This document shows positions 1-10,491 of a DNA stretch of 64,000 bases, in pieces. The stretch's first letter is position 1, and every line of letters starts with the position of its first letter. Under the pieces are notes generated by a model. The model was not told where the DNA came from. It saw only the letters and a list, made by a program, of their open reading frames with translations, and made no database searches. Both the position numbers and the translations under genes were made by a program. Origin of the DNA: an uncultured Actinomycetota bacterium (GTDB lineage: Bacteria; Actinomycetota; Actinomycetes; Actinomycetales; Dermatophilaceae); assembly GCA_963763315.1 (NCBI GenBank), contig CAVXOC010000003.1, forward strand, positions 412,167 to 476,166, written 5' to 3'.

Positions 1-489
1 GTGCGTGCGGCGGCTCCCCATCTCGATGCACGGCCGGCCCGCGGCGGCCCCCGTCATCCGGGAGGCGGCGCTCGCCACGGCGCTGTCGTGGTTGAGCACC
101 GAGAGCACGAGCGTCTCCAGCAGCACCCCGTGCGCGAAGTCGGTCTCGGCCACGAGCACCGGGGAGCCGGGGAAGTAGGTCTCGCCCTCGGCATACCCCC
201 AGATGTCGCCGGTGACGGCGAAGCTGCCGAGGAACGCCAGGGTCTGCTCGTCGACCACCCCGGCCGAGCGCAGCCGCTCGATCTCGGCGGGGCCGAACCG
301 GAAAGCCTCCAGGGCGCCGAGCAGCCGGCCGACCCCGGCCAGCACGCCGTAGCGGCGCCCGTCGGGCAACCGGCGGGCGAACACCTCGAAGACGCAGCGG
401 CGCGAGGCGGCTCCCGAGCGCAGCGCGGCCTCGAGCATCGTGAGCTCGTAGTGGTCGGTGAGCAGCGCCGTGACGGGCGTGGGGACCAT
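1..489 (-). CDS. pncB: Nicotinate phosphoribosyltransferase, N-terminal part (3' end lies outside the window)
   Basis: Reverse complement from ATG at 489..487 reads [49 protein letters not shown]...IEMGSRRTH. This is the typical NAPRTase N-terminus (TDxYxLTM motif). It is divergent from clpS, as usual in actinobacteria. The ORF is absent from the ORF track because it runs off the window. Confidence 0.8.
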   Translation of the reverse strand, partial: MVPTPVTALLTDHYELTMLEAALRSGAASRRCVFEVFARRLPDGRRYGVLAGVGRLLGALEAFRFGPAEIERLRSAGVVDEQTLAFLGSFAVTGDIWGYAEGETYFPGSPVLVAETDFAHGVLLETLVLSVLNHDSAVASAASRMTGAAAGRPCIEMGSRRTH

Positions 490-512
490 GGGCGGCAGCC
501 TATTGTGGGGAG

Positions 513-803
513 ATGCCCATCGCGCCCACCCGAGAGGAGATCACCTCCTCGGCGACCGACGTCGATCCCGACGTCCCGTGGATCACGCTGGTGTGGAACG
601 ACCCGGTCAACCTCATGTCGTACGTCACCTATGTGTTCCAGGCCTACTTCGGGTACTCGAAGAAGAAGGCGGAGCGGCTGATGATGGACGTCCACATCAA
701 GGGACGGGCGGTCGTCTCGAACGGGTCGCGGGAGAAGATGGAGATCGATGCCGAGGCCCTGCAGGGCTACGGCCTGTGGGCGACGTTCCAGAAGGACGAC
801 TGA
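513..803 (+). CDS. clpS: ATP-dependent Clp protease adaptor ClpS
   Basis: 96-aa ORF with the ...[45 protein letters not shown]... ClpS core. Confidence 0.95.
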   Translation: MPIAPTREEITSSATDVDPDVPWITLVWNDPVNLMSYVTYVFQAYFGYSKKKAERLMMDVHIKGRAVVSNGSREKMEIDAEALQGYGLWATFQKDD

Positions 804-1532
804 GTGGCGCGCGGGTTCAAGCGACGGGGCAAGGGCGACGCCCTGCGGTACGCCGCCCGGCTCGACGAGGTCGAGCGGGCCACCGTCGCCGACCTCATGG
901 AGCAGGTGCGTGGCCTCCTCCTTCCCGACGACTCCGCGGCGGGCGGTCCACTCGGCGGGGCGTCGGCCACCGGCGGGGCGTCGGCCACCGGCGGGGCGTC
1001 GGCCACCGGCGATGCGGCGTTCGACGAGATCGTCTCCGGGCTCGAGGGCCTGGGCTCGGGCATGGTCCTCGGCGCGGGCTCCCAGACCTGGCCCGACACC
1101 GGGCCCATCCCGCAGACGGCACGCTCGTTCGGGGAGCGGGACCCCGCCCTGGAGCGGCTGCTGCCCTCCGGGAACCGCGCCGACGACCAGGCCGCGGCGG
1201 AGTTCCGCCGACTGACCGAGGACGGGCTGCGCCGCCGCAAGGCCGACCAGCTCGCCACCGCCATCGCCGCGCTGCGGACGCCCACCGACGCCGTCGAGCT
1301 GGACCGGCGGACGGCCCAGGCCATGGTCGTGGCCCTCACCGACGTGCGGCTCGTGCTCGGGGAGCGGCTCGGGCTGCGCGACGATACCGACTCCGACCGG
1401 CTGCACGCGATGGTCCAGGAGCTGGACCTCGAGCATCCGGTGGTCTACGCGGCGGCCGTCTACGACTTCCTCAGCTGGCTGCAGGAGACCCTCGTGCGCG
1501 TCCTCGCCAAGGGGGACAACCGGCGGTCGTGA
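804..1532 (+). CDS. DUF2017 domain-containing protein (conserved ClpS neighbour)
   Basis: 242-aa ORF. GTG start immediately follows the clpS stop, and its position and length are typical of DUF2017. It contains three perfect in-frame 18-bp repeats (GGASAT x3). Confidence 0.75.
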   Translation: MARGFKRRGKGDALRYAARLDEVERATVADLMEQVRGLLLPDDSAAGGPLGGASATGGASATGGASATGDAAFDEIVSGLEGLGSGMVLGAGSQTWPDTGPIPQTARSFGERDPALERLLPSGNRADDQAAAEFRRLTEDGLRRRKADQLATAIAALRTPTDAVELDRRTAQAMVVALTDVRLVLGERLGLRDDTDSDRLHAMVQELDLEHPVVYAAAVYDFLSWLQETLVRVLAKGDNRRS

Positions 1533-1578
1533 CCTCGCGGTCGCGGTCGTTGCGGGCCGGCACGTCGGCCGCGCTGCG

Positions 1579-2694
1579 TCACAGCAGGCGGGCGACCTCG
1601 TCGCGCAGCCGCTCGATGAAGATGCCCTCGGAGAAGCCGTCCGCATGGGCGAGGATCGCGGCGCCGTCCCACTCGCGGCCACGGGCCAGCACCACGGCGG
1701 CCCGGATCGCCTCGGCGGTGGGCTCCTCGAAGTACAGACCCGTCGTACCGTCGACGACCGTGTCGAGGTAGCCACCGGCGCGCAGGGCGAGGGTGGGCTT
1801 GCCGAAGGTCGCACCCTCGAGAGGGGTGAGGCCGTAGTCCTCGTAGCTCGGCGCAACGATCGCCCGGGCGTGGGCGTAGACCCAGCGCAGCTGCGGGTCG
1901 GTGAGGTCGCCGACGAGCCGCACGTTGGCGGGCAGCCGCCCGCGCAGGACGACCTCCTGCGGGCCGCGCCCGACGATGACCAGGCTCTCCGCGGTGCCGT
2001 CCACGGCGTCGATCGCCGCCTGGACGTTCTTGTAGGGCATCAGCCGGGAGACGACGAGGTGGTAGCCCCGGTCGCGCCAGTCGGCCAGCGCCGGCACCGG
2101 GTCCTGGGCGCGGTCCGCTCCGGCGGTCACGCCGTGGGGGGCGGGCAGCACGGCCGCATCGAAGCTGTAGACCTCCCGGATGCGGTCGCGGACGACGTGG
2201 GAGTTGGCCAGGTAGCGGTCGGCGCGCCGGGCGCTCCACCGGTCCCAGCGCCGCAGCGCCGGGCTCGTCGCGCGGAGCAGGACGCCGCGGGGGGAGGCCC
2301 AGAACGGGCCGCCGAGGTAGGCCTCCGGCTGGTAGAGCCAGCGCGCGGGGGAGTGGCAGTAGACGAGTGACCGGCCGGTGGTCCGGAACCCGTGCGCCCA
2401 GCCGCTCGAGGACACGATGAGCACATCGGCGGGGATCTGCTTGAGGACGACGCTGGGCGCGAGGAACGGGTAGGCGTAGCGGTGGTTGCGCCGCAGGAAG
2501 CCGAACCGGTCGAACGGCGAGGTGAGGATCCGGTGGTGGCGGAACTCGGGAAAGGTCCCGTCGGGGTCGTACAGCATCGTGTAGAGGAGCGCCTGGGGGA
2601 ACGCCTCGAGCATCGCGAGGACGACCCGCTCCGCGCCGCCGCGCTGGGTGAGGTAGTCGTGGGCGATGGCCACCGTCGGGCCATCGCGGTTCAT
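1579..2694 (-). CDS. Glycosyltransferase family 4 (GT-B, GT1/GT4-type)
   Basis: 371-aa ORF. N-terminus VAIAHDYLTQRGGAERVV and C-terminal EDYGLTPLEGATFGKPTLALRAGGYLDTVVDGTTG (E-x7-E region) are typical GT4 features. Confidence 0.85.
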   Translation of the reverse strand: MNRDGPTVAIAHDYLTQRGGAERVVLAMLEAFPQALLYTMLYDPDGTFPEFRHHRILTSPFDRFGFLRRNHRYAYPFLAPSVVLKQIPADVLIVSSSGWAHGFRTTGRSLVYCHSPARWLYQPEAYLGGPFWASPRGVLLRATSPALRRWDRWSARRADRYLANSHVVRDRIREVYSFDAAVLPAPHGVTAGADRAQDPVPALADWRDRGYHLVVSRLMPYKNVQAAIDAVDGTAESLVIVGRGPQEVVLRGRLPANVRLVGDLTDPQLRWVYAHARAIVAPSYEDYGLTPLEGATFGKPTLALRAGGYLDTVVDGTTGLYFEEPTAEAIRAAVVLARGREWDGAAILAHADGFSEGIFIERLRDEVARLL

Positions 2695-2936
2695 CGCATC
2701 ATCGCATCATCGCGGACCGCGGGGTGTCCCCGGGCGCGTGGCGCATCCCCGGGCGGCACCCGGGTTGCCGTCCCGTCGCACGTGCGGAGTTCGGGTCATC
2801 GGCTCCCCGTCGAGTCCAGGTTCGGCGAGAGTGTAGCGGCGCCGAGCCCTCGACCCGGCGCGGGCGGTGCCGGTGTGACCCACGGCACGGGGGTCCCGGA
2901 CCGTCCGCCTCGACCGGGACCACCTAGCCTTGTCCG

Positions 2937-3761
2937 GTGGCCGACGCACCCATCGGGATCTTCGACTCGGGCTACGGTGGGCTCACCGTGGCCCGAGCGG
3001 TGCTGGACCAGCTGCCCCAGGAGTCCATCGCGTACTTCGGCGACACGGCACGGGCTCCCTACGGCCCGCTGCCCATCGCCCGGACCCGGGCCTACGCTCT
3101 CGAATGCCTCGACCGGCTCGTCGACCATGGGGTCAAGGCGCTGGTGATCGCCTGCAACACCGCGAGTGCCGCCGTCCTCCATGACGCCCGGGAGCGCTAC
3201 GACGTACCGGTCGTCGAGGTGATCCACCCGGCGGTGCGGCGCGCCGCCGCGGCCTCCCGCAACGGTCGCGTCGGCGTCATCTCGACCGTGGGGACCCACC
3301 AGTCACGGGCCTACCTCGACGCCTTCGCCGCCGCGCCCCACCTCGAGGTCACCAGCCGGCCCTGCCCGCGGTTCGTCGAGTTCGTCGAGGACGGCATCAC
3401 GAGCGGCCCCGAGCTGATCGGAGTGGCCCGCGACTACCTCCGGCCCCTGCAGGAGCAGGGTGTCGACACCCTCGTCCTCGGCTGCACCCACTACCCGCTG
3501 CTGACCGGGGTCATCTCCTACGTCATGGGGGACGGCGTCACTCTCGTGTCGTCCGCGGAGGAGACGGCCAAGGACGTCTACCGCGTGCTGTCGGACCGCG
3601 GCCTGCTGCGCCCCGACCACCTGCCGCCCCCGAGCCACGGGTTCACGACGACCGGGGATGCCGACACCTTCCGGCGGCTGGCGCGGCGCTTCCTCGGGCT
3701 CGGTCCGGACCTCGACGTGGTGTTCACCTCCTCGCTCGTCTCCGACGGCGGTGCCGCATGA
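2937..3761 (+). CDS. murI: Glutamate racemase
   Basis: [17 protein letters not shown]...ACNTASA...LGCTHYPLL motifs, including both catalytic Cys contexts. Confidence 0.95.
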   Translation: MADAPIGIFDSGYGGLTVARAVLDQLPQESIAYFGDTARAPYGPLPIARTRAYALECLDRLVDHGVKALVIACNTASAAVLHDARERYDVPVVEVIHPAVRRAAAASRNGRVGVISTVGTHQSRAYLDAFAAAPHLEVTSRPCPRFVEFVEDGITSGPELIGVARDYLRPLQEQGVDTLVLGCTHYPLLTGVISYVMGDGVTLVSSAEETAKDVYRVLSDRGLLRPDHLPPPSHGFTTTGDADTFRRLARRFLGLGPDLDVVFTSSLVSDGGAA

Positions 3762-4525
3762 GGGTCACCGTGGTGGGTTGCTCGGGGTCCTTCGCCGGTC
3801 CACGCTCGGCCGCGTCCTGCTACCTCGTCCAGGCGGCGGACGACGACCGGACGGCGAACATCCTGCTCGACCTCGGCAGCGGAGCACTCGGGTCACTCCA
3901 GCGCCACCTCGATCCGGCCGCCCTCGACGCCGTCTTCCTCAGCCACCTCCACCCCGATCACTGCGTCGACGTCCTCGGGCTGCACGTGGCCAGGAAGTAC
4001 CGGCCGGCCGGCCGCCCCTCCCACCCGTTGCCGGTCTTCGGACCGGAGGGCACCGGCGCGTGGATCGAGGGCATGTACATCGGGATGCAGCCGGGCGGGA
4101 TGGCGGCCGAGCTCGCGTTCGCCGACCTCGCCGAGAGGCAGCCCGTGGTCGTCGGCCCGTTCACGGTGACCGCGTATGCCGTCAGCCACCCGGTGCCCGC
4201 GTTCGGGTTCCGGGTCGAGGCCGATGGAGCCGTGCTCGCCTACACCGGTGACACCGACACCTGCGACAACCTCGGCCCCCTCATGACCGGGGCCGACCTC
4301 GTCCTGGCCGACTCCGCCTTCGTCGACGGTCGCGACCGGCTGGCGGGCATCCATCTCAGCGGCAGCCGGGCGGCACGCGCCGCGGTCGACGCCGGCGCCG
4401 TGCGCCGGCTCATGCTCACCCACCTGCCCTCGTGGAACGACCCGGAGGTATGCCGTGCCCAGGCCGCCGCCGTGTGGCCGGGTGAGGTCGAGCTGGCTGC
4501 ACCGGACGCCACCTACGACCTGTGA
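3758..4525 (+). CDS. MBL-fold metallo-hydrolase
   Basis: 255 aa with an HLHPDHCVD (HxHxDH) motif. ATGA start/stop overlap with murI. It is the conserved murI-MBL-rph neighbour. Confidence 0.8.
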   Translation: MRVTVVGCSGSFAGPRSAASCYLVQAADDDRTANILLDLGSGALGSLQRHLDPAALDAVFLSHLHPDHCVDVLGLHVARKYRPAGRPSHPLPVFGPEGTGAWIEGMYIGMQPGGMAAELAFADLAERQPVVVGPFTVTAYAVSHPVPAFGFRVEADGAVLAYTGDTDTCDNLGPLMTGADLVLADSAFVDGRDRLAGIHLSGSRAARAAVDAGAVRRLMLTHLPSWNDPEVCRAQAAAVWPGEVELAAPDATYDL

Positions 4526-4567
4526 GGCGCGCCGGGGCGGCACCCCGGCGCGGTTACAGTTGCCGCC

Positions 4568-5317
4568 ATGCCCATTTCCCGCCATGACGGACGCCTGCCC
4601 GACCAGCTGCGCGAGGTGCGGATCACCCGCAACTGGCTGGACCATGCCGAGGGGAGCGCCCTCGTCGAGTTCGGCCGCACCCGGGTCCTGTGCGCCGCCT
4701 CGTTCACCCCCGGCGTGCCGCGCTGGCTCAAGGGCCGAGGCGCCGGCTGGGTCACGGCGGAGTACGAGATGCTGCCGCGTTCGACGAACACCCGCAGCGA
4801 CCGGGAGGCCCGCAAGGGGCGGGTCGGTGGCCGCACCCACGAGATCTCCCGGCTCATCGGCCGCAGCCTGCGCGCGGTGATCGACACGAAGGCCCTCGGT
4901 GAGAACACGATCATCCTCGACTGCGACGTCCTCCAGGCGGACGGTGGGACGCGGACCGCATCCGTCACCGGTGCCTGGGTGGCGCTCGCCGACGCGATCG
5001 CCGACGCCAAGGCCAAGGGCCTCATCGCCGGCGGCGCGGAACCCCTGACGGGGTCGGTCGCCGCCGTGAGCGTCGGCATCGTCGGCGGCGAGCCGGTGCT
5101 CGATCTGGACTACCCGGAGGACTCGACCGCCGGGACCGACATGAACGTCGTCCTCACCGGCGACGGCAGGTTCGTCGAGGTGCAGGGCACGGCCGAGGGA
5201 GAGGCCTTCGACCGGGAGGTGCTCAACCTGCTGCTCGACCTCGCCGTGGCCGGGTGTACGACGCTCTCCGCCGTGCAGCAGGCCGCCCTCGCCGAGACGC
5301 CGCGGGCGCGCCAGTGA
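4568..5317 (+). CDS. rph: Ribonuclease PH
   Basis: 249 aa. [19 protein letters not shown]...[17 protein letters not shown]...[17 protein letters not shown] is the RNase PH signature. Confidence 0.95.
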   Translation: MPISRHDGRLPDQLREVRITRNWLDHAEGSALVEFGRTRVLCAASFTPGVPRWLKGRGAGWVTAEYEMLPRSTNTRSDREARKGRVGGRTHEISRLIGRSLRAVIDTKALGENTIILDCDVLQADGGTRTASVTGAWVALADAIADAKAKGLIAGGAEPLTGSVAAVSVGIVGGEPVLDLDYPEDSTAGTDMNVVLTGDGRFVEVQGTAEGEAFDREVLNLLLDLAVAGCTTLSAVQQAALAETPRARQ

Positions 5318-5949
5318 GCCGTCGGGTCGTCCTCGCCACCCGCAACGAGCACAAGGTGCATGAGCTCGGCCAGATCCTCGCCGACCTGGTCGCCGAGCTG
5401 GACCTCGAGATCGTCTCGGCCGCCCAGGTGCCCGGGGCCCCGGACGTCACGGAGACCGAGGTGAGCTTCGTCGGCAATGCGACGCTCAAGGCAGTGGCCC
5501 TGGCGCGGGCAACCGGCTTGCCTGCCCTCGCCGACGACTCCGGCCTGGCCGTCGACGTCCTCGGTGGTGCGCCGGGCGTCTTCTCGGCACGCTGGTCGGG
5601 AACGTTCGCCGGACCGGCTGCCACCCGCGCCGAGCGGGACCACGCCAACCTGCGGCTGCTCCTGGAGCAGGTCGAGGACGTGGCGGACGAGCACCGCGGG
5701 GCCTCGTTCCGCTGTGCCGCCGTGCTCGCGCTCCCGGACGGGACGCTCGCGTCGGCCGAGGGTCGGGTGAGCGGCCGGCTCATCCGGGCCCCGCGCGGCA
5801 CCAACGGCTTCGGCTACGACCCCGTCTTCGTCCCGGACGGGGAGAGCCGGACGACGGCGGAGATGACCGACGCCGAGAAGAACGCCATCTCGCACCGGGG
5901 ACGGGCCTTCCGGGCCCTGGCACCCGCCCTCCGGGAGCACCTGGTCTGA
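5314..5949 (+). CDS. rdgB: RdgB/HAM1 non-canonical purine NTP pyrophosphatase
   Basis: The GTG at 5314 overlaps the rph stop (GTGA). [18 protein letters not shown]...[21 protein letters not shown]...GFGYDPVF...[10 protein letters not shown] are HAM1 motifs. The ORF-track start at 5254 is probably too far upstream. Confidence 0.9.
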   Translation: MSRRVVLATRNEHKVHELGQILADLVAELDLEIVSAAQVPGAPDVTETEVSFVGNATLKAVALARATGLPALADDSGLAVDVLGGAPGVFSARWSGTFAGPAATRAERDHANLRLLLEQVEDVADEHRGASFRCAAVLALPDGTLASAEGRVSGRLIRAPRGTNGFGYDPVFVPDGESRTTAEMTDAEKNAISHRGRAFRALAPALREHLV

Positions 5950-6038
5950 CTGTCCCAGGCCGTCCGGGACACCGTCCGCGGCATCTCGGGCCGGTGGCCG
6001 TGGGCAGCGCGGCGTCGACGTCTACGCTGGGACCGCTC

Positions 6039-6123
6039 GCGCAAGTGGTGGAACTGGCAGACACGTCAGGTTTAGGTCCTGATGCCTTCGGGTGTGGGGG
6101 TTCGAGTCCCCCCTTGCGCACCA
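6039..6123 (+). tRNA. tRNA-Leu (anticodon TAG), CCA encoded
   Basis: GCGCAAG...CTTGCGC acceptor stem, anticodon arm TCAGG-TTTAGGT-CCTGA, long variable arm, T-arm GGGGGTTCGAGTCCCCC, then ACCA. Confidence 0.9.
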
Positions 6124-6307
6124 GCCGCGCGCGGCCTCGGGCGGCGTCCCCGAGGCGCAGGGTACCGACCTCCCGGCCGGGACCACCCCCGAGGGCGGTG
6201 GCCGGACCGGCAGTCGAGCGCCGGATGGGGCGGTTTGCCCGCTGGTAGGTTGAGAGCGGACGGCAGACGCGGCGGACGGCATACGGCCGCCTCGACGAGG
6301 AGGAACA

Positions 6308-6778
6308 GTGGGCGGACGGCTTTCCCCGGGGGACACGGCACCCGACTTCACCTTGCCCGACGACACCGGCACCGAGGTCAGCCTGTCGGGCCTGCGCGGC
6401 CGTAAGGTCATCGTCTACTTCTACCCGGCCGCGATGACACCGGGCTGCACGAAGCAGGCGTGCGACTTCAGCGACAGCCTCGGCTCCCTGCGGGCAGACG
6501 GGTACGAGGTGGTGGGGATCTCGCCGGACAAGCCAGAGAAGCTGGCGAGGTTCCGCCACAAGGAGCATCTGACGATCACCTTGCTGTCCGACCCCGGCAA
6601 GGAGGTCCTCACGCAGTGGGGGGCGTTCGGGGAGAAGCAGATGTACGGCAAGACGGTCCACGGCGTCATTCGCAGCACGGTCGTTCTCGACGAGCAGGGC
6701 ACCGTGACCGGTGCGTGGTACAACGTCAAGGCGACCGGTCACGTCGCGAAGCTGCGCCGCGACCTCGGACTGGAGTAA
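6308..6778 (+). CDS. bcp: Thioredoxin-dependent thiol peroxidase (Bcp-type peroxiredoxin)
   Basis: 156 aa. FTLPDDTGTEVSLSGLRGRKVIVYFYPAAMTPGCTKQACDF is the peroxidatic-Cys motif. Confidence 0.9.
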   Translation: MGGRLSPGDTAPDFTLPDDTGTEVSLSGLRGRKVIVYFYPAAMTPGCTKQACDFSDSLGSLRADGYEVVGISPDKPEKLARFRHKEHLTITLLSDPGKEVLTQWGAFGEKQMYGKTVHGVIRSTVVLDEQGTVTGAWYNVKATGHVAKLRRDLGLE

Positions 6779-6786
6779 GGACGACC

Positions 6787-7065
6787 ATGAGCACAGACGC
6801 GCAGCGCCCCGGGACCATCCGCGAGCTCGAGGCGGATATCGCCGTGCGCCGCGACCGGCTCGCCGGGACCGTCGACGAGCTGGCCCGCAAGGCCAGGCCG
6901 AAGGCGATCCTCCAGCGCCAGAGCGAAGCCGCCAGGGCCCGGATCGTCGGAGCCGTGACCACGCCCGAGGGGGACCTGCGGGTCGAGCGGATCGCCGCTG
7001 CGGCCGCCGTCGTGATGCTCGTCGTCGGGCTCAAGGTGCTGCTGGGCCGACGCCGCAGGGGCTGA
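6787..7065 (+). CDS. DUF3618 domain-containing protein
   Basis: Internal ATG at 6787 of ORF 6460..7065. It reads MSTDAQRPGTIRELEADIAVRRDRLAGTVDELARKARPKA... with a C-terminal hydrophobic anchor and RRRRG tail, as is typical of DUF3618. Confidence 0.6.
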   Translation: MSTDAQRPGTIRELEADIAVRRDRLAGTVDELARKARPKAILQRQSEAARARIVGAVTTPEGDLRVERIAAAAAVVMLVVGLKVLLGRRRRG

Positions 7066-7072
7066 GCCGGCC

Positions 7073-7414
7073 GTGGCTGCGAGCGGCCGTCGGCCTCCGG
7101 AGCGGATGCCCGTACGGATGCTGCACGACCGGGTCCTGGTCAGCGCCGAGGTCGAGGACGGGGAACGGACCTCGGGCGGGGGCATCCTCATCCCCGCCAC
7201 GGCCAGTGTCGGCAAGCGGCTGTCGTGGGCCGTCGTCATCGCCGTGGGACCCAACGTCCACCAGGTGCAGGTCGAGGACCGGGTGCTGTTCGACCCCGAC
7301 GACCGGGCCGAGGTCGAGATCCAGAGCAAGGCCTACCTCCTGCTTCGCGAACGCGACATCCACGCGGTCGCGGCCGCCCGGGTCTCGGAGGACCACACCG
7401 GGCTCTACCTGTGA
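7073..7414 (+). CDS. GroES-family co-chaperone-like protein
   Basis: MLHDRVLVSAE....GGILIPATA....AVVIAVGP...V.V.DRVLF matches the Cpn10 fold pattern. The true start may be the ATG at 7106. Confidence 0.6.
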   Translation: MAASGRRPPERMPVRMLHDRVLVSAEVEDGERTSGGGILIPATASVGKRLSWAVVIAVGPNVHQVQVEDRVLFDPDDRAEVEIQSKAYLLLRERDIHAVAAARVSEDHTGLYL

Positions 7415-7477
7415 GCCGGCACCAGGACGAGGACTCGACTCGCGCGTCGCCTGCCGATCACGCTCGGGCCGCACCCG

Positions 7478-8449
7478 TCACCGTGTGCTGGGCGGGCGGT
7501 CTCCCCTCTGGCCGGTCCGGTCCGGGTCCCCGCCTCCGGTCTGCTCACCCGTGACCAGCGGCCGCCCGGGCGGAGGGCTGTGCGGATCCCGCAGCAGGGC
7601 GAGGAGGGTGCGGGCGTCGTGTGGCGCGTGTCCTCGCGCGTCGTTGTCGAAGTAGACATGCACGTCCAGACCGTCCTGCGCCCACCCTCGGGCGCGGCCG
7701 GCCCACCAGGTGAGCTCGGTGATCGAGTACCCGCTGTGGTAGAGCTCGGTGGCCCCGTGCAGGCGGACGTAGACCAGGTCCGCGGTGACATCGTCGAACT
7801 GCGGCCAGGTGCCGGCGCTGTCCGAGACCACCAAGGCGATCCCGTTGCGCCGTAACACTTCTCGAGCCAGCGGAGCGTGGAAGCTCTCGTGACGCGGTTC
7901 CAGCGCGTGCTGGATCGGCGCGCTGACCAGGGCCTCGGTCCACGCCCTGTCGGCGGCCACCTTGTCATCGTGCCTGGCCGCAAGCTCGGCCGCCGTCTCG
8001 GTGGTCCTCGGCAGCAGGTCGAAGAAGGTGGTCAGCCGCTGTTCGTCGAAGGGAAGCCGGGCCGGGAGCTGCCAGAGGATGGGGCCGAGCTTGTCGCCCA
8101 GGGCGAGCACGCCGGAAGCGAAGAAGTTGGCGAGCGGGGTCTCCACGTCCACCAGACGGCGCATGTGGGTGATGAAGCGCCCGCCCTTGACGGCGAACGC
8201 GAAGTCGGCCGGGACCTGGGCCGCCCACGTCGCGTAGCTGCTGGGACGCTGCAGCGAGTAGAAGGAGCCGTTGACCTCGACACCGGTGAGCCGTTCCGCC
8301 AGGTAGGCCAGCTCGTCACGCTGCCGCAGGCCCGAGGGATAGAAGTCTCCCCGCCAACCCTTGTAGCGCCACCCGGAGGTCCCCACCCGGACCAGGCCGC
8401 TGCCGCGGCCGGCACCCGGGGTGGGCCCGGAGTGCTCGAGCTGGGCCAT
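7478..8449 (-). CDS. DUF72 domain-containing protein
   Basis: VGTSGWRYKGWRGDFYPSGLRQRDELAYLAERLTGVEVNGSFYSLQRP... is the canonical DUF72 N-terminus. I placed the start at the MAQLEH ATG (8449); the ORF is open up to 8557. Confidence 0.8.
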   Translation of the reverse strand: MAQLEHSGPTPGAGRGSGLVRVGTSGWRYKGWRGDFYPSGLRQRDELAYLAERLTGVEVNGSFYSLQRPSSYATWAAQVPADFAFAVKGGRFITHMRRLVDVETPLANFFASGVLALGDKLGPILWQLPARLPFDEQRLTTFFDLLPRTTETAAELAARHDDKVAADRAWTEALVSAPIQHALEPRHESFHAPLAREVLRRNGIALVVSDSAGTWPQFDDVTADLVYVRLHGATELYHSGYSITELTWWAGRARGWAQDGLDVHVYFDNDARGHAPHDARTLLALLRDPHSPPPGRPLVTGEQTGGGDPDRTGQRGDRPPSTR

Positions 8450-8840
8450 GGACCTAGGACGCGTCGGTCCAGCGGGCCGCCCGGGCGTTCGGCACACTCC
8501 GACGGTCGGGGAGGCCCGTCGAGGGCCGGGTACCGAGGGCGGCGGCGGGGACGGCATACGTGACCTGCGGCTCCCCGGCCCGGGCAGGTGGGGCGGTCAT
8601 CGTCACCTCGCATTCGCGTCGCGGCGCTGCGCCCGCACACGCGGGGTGCGCATCACATTCCCCTGGAGACCAGCGGCAAACCGTGCTGGGGCTCCGCCCG
8701 GCCGTGCCGCGCTCGGAGGCGGACAGTGGGGTTCCGGGCATGGGGATCCACCACACCACCGACACCAGTCGAAGGGACCACGGCCGACGTAGAAGCCGTC
8801 GCTCCGCCATGACCGGGCGGCGCGGTGAAGCGCCCCGGCC

Positions 8841-9368
8841 TCACCGCACGCCCGAGGACGGGGGCAGGTCCACGTCCTGCAGGGCGTCCCCCGAGCCGGT
8901 CGAGCGGGACGGGACGACGCTGAGGCTCCCGTCGGTCTCCAGCACGACCGCCTCAACGAGCTCAAGTCCCCCGATCCCCGCCGCGCGCGTCGCCTGACGC
9001 ACCTCGCCAGCGGTCACCCGGTGCATGGCCAGACGGTCCTCGAGGAGCCGGCCCCGGCACAACAGCAGGCTCGGCGAGGACTTGACCACCCGCCGGACCG
9101 CCCGGGACCGGGACGACAGCCAGGCCACGACGAGCTGCAGCACGACGAGCAGCGCCATCGCGACGACACCGCCGACGAGGCTGACGTCGCCACTCAGCAG
9201 CACGGTGGCCAGGGTCGACCCGAGCGCGACGGACACGACGAGGTCGAAGGCGTTGAGCTTGGCCAGCGTCCGCTTGCCCGACAGGCGCAGGATGAGCACC
9301 AGGGCGGCATAGGCGCAGGACCCGACCACGAGGGTTCGCAGGACGTCGGACCACTGGTCGAACAACAT
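8841..9368 (-). CDS. DUF421 (YetF-like) membrane protein
   Basis: MLFDQWSDVLRTLVVGSCAYAALVLILRLSGKRTLAKLNAFDLVVSVALGSTLA... is the typical DUF421 pattern. The ORF-track N-terminal extension to 9749 looks non-coding. Confidence 0.7.
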   Translation of the reverse strand: MLFDQWSDVLRTLVVGSCAYAALVLILRLSGKRTLAKLNAFDLVVSVALGSTLATVLLSGDVSLVGGVVAMALLVVLQLVVAWLSSRSRAVRRVVKSSPSLLLCRGRLLEDRLAMHRVTAGEVRQATRAAGIGGLELVEAVVLETDGSLSVVPSRSTGSGDALQDVDLPPSSGVR

Positions 9369-9594
9369 GGCCGCGCACGTACCCCCGGGTGCACGAACCA
9401 CTCCGGTACCGCGTCCTGCGCATTTCGCGCAGCTGCTCGCCGGCCGGCGCGCAGCAGGTGACGTCACCGCGTGGCGCGCCGGGCCGACGTCGGTGGCCCG
9501 TGACTCGGCTGAGCGACCGGTTCCCGGGGACCGTCCTGGGTAGTCACCACCTCGAAGGCTCGCCGACGTGCGGCGAGCCGGACGAGGAGGACCG

Positions 9595-10491
9595 ATGAGC
9601 GACCCGCGACTGTCGGTCGTCATGATCACCCACAACCGATGCGCCGAGGCCGACCGCGCGCTCCGGCTGCTCGAGGCGCTGCCCGAGGCGCCGCGGGTGG
9701 TCGTCGTCGACAACGGGTCGACGGACGGCACGGCCGACACGATCCGCACCCATCACCGCGGCGTCACGCTCCTGACGCCGGGGGAGAACCTGGGTGCGGT
9801 GGGCCGCAACCTCGGCGTCGCCGAGGTGTCCACCCCGTATGTCGCGTTCTGCGACGACGACACATGGTACGAGCCCGGGGCGCTCGCCGACGCGGCCGAC
9901 CTCCTCGACGCCCATCCGGACGTTGCGGTCGTCACTGCCAGCATCATCGTCGAGCCGAGCGGCCGCCTCGACGCCATCTGCGAGGAGATGGCCCGGAGCC
10001 CGCTCGACCGGCCGCCCGGCATACCAGGCCATCCGCTGCTCAGCTTCCTCGCCGGGGTCAGCATCGTGCGCAGGACGGCGTTCGAGGAGGCCGGTGGCTT
10101 CTCGGCCCGGCTGTGGCTCGGTGGCGAGGAGGAGCTGCTGGCCTCGGAGCTGGCCTCGCGCGGGTGGCGGCTGACCTACGTCCCCGAGATCGTCGCCCAC
10201 CACGCCGCCTCGACCGCCCGGGACGGGCACCGGCGGCGGCGGGACGGCATCCGCAACACCTTGTGGTTCACCTGGCTGCGCCGCCCGGCGGGTGCCGCAG
10301 CCTGGAGGACACTGCGGCTGATGAGGCGGCTGCCGCGTGACCGGGTGTCGGTGGCTGGGGTCGGTGCCGCCCTCGGCGGGCTGCCTTGGGTGCTGCGGGA
10401 GCGCCGGGTCGTGCCGCCGCACGTCGAGGCCGGCTACCGGCGCCTCGACCGGGAGCAGCTCGACGGGGAGGCCCGGCGCTACGAGTCGTGA
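9595..10491 (+). CDS. Glycosyltransferase family 2
   Basis: LSVVMITHNRCAEADRALRLLEALPEAPRVVVVDNGSTDGT... and FCDDD are GT-A/GT2 motifs. Start placed at ATG 9595. Confidence 0.8.
   Translation: MSDPRLSVVMITHNRCAEADRALRLLEALPEAPRVVVVDNGSTDGTADTIRTHHRGVTLLTPGENLGAVGRNLGVAEVSTPYVAFCDDDTWYEPGALADAADLLDAHPDVAVVTASIIVEPSGRLDAICEEMARSPLDRPPGIPGHPLLSFLAGVSIVRRTAFEEAGGFSARLWLGGEEELLASELASRGWRLTYVPEIVAHHAASTARDGHRRRRDGIRNTLWFTWLRRPAGAAAWRTLRLMRRLPRDRVSVAGVGAALGGLPWVLRERRVVPPHVEAGYRRLDREQLDGEARRYES

Noticed and set aside
8450-8840. A 390-bp gap between DUF72 and DUF421, with ORFs 8454..8810(-) and 8560..8997(+). It could hold a small gene or a structured RNA.
   Set aside because: The translations are low-complexity. 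I found no recognisable motif, RBS, conserved hairpin or riboswitch core, so I cannot support a feature.
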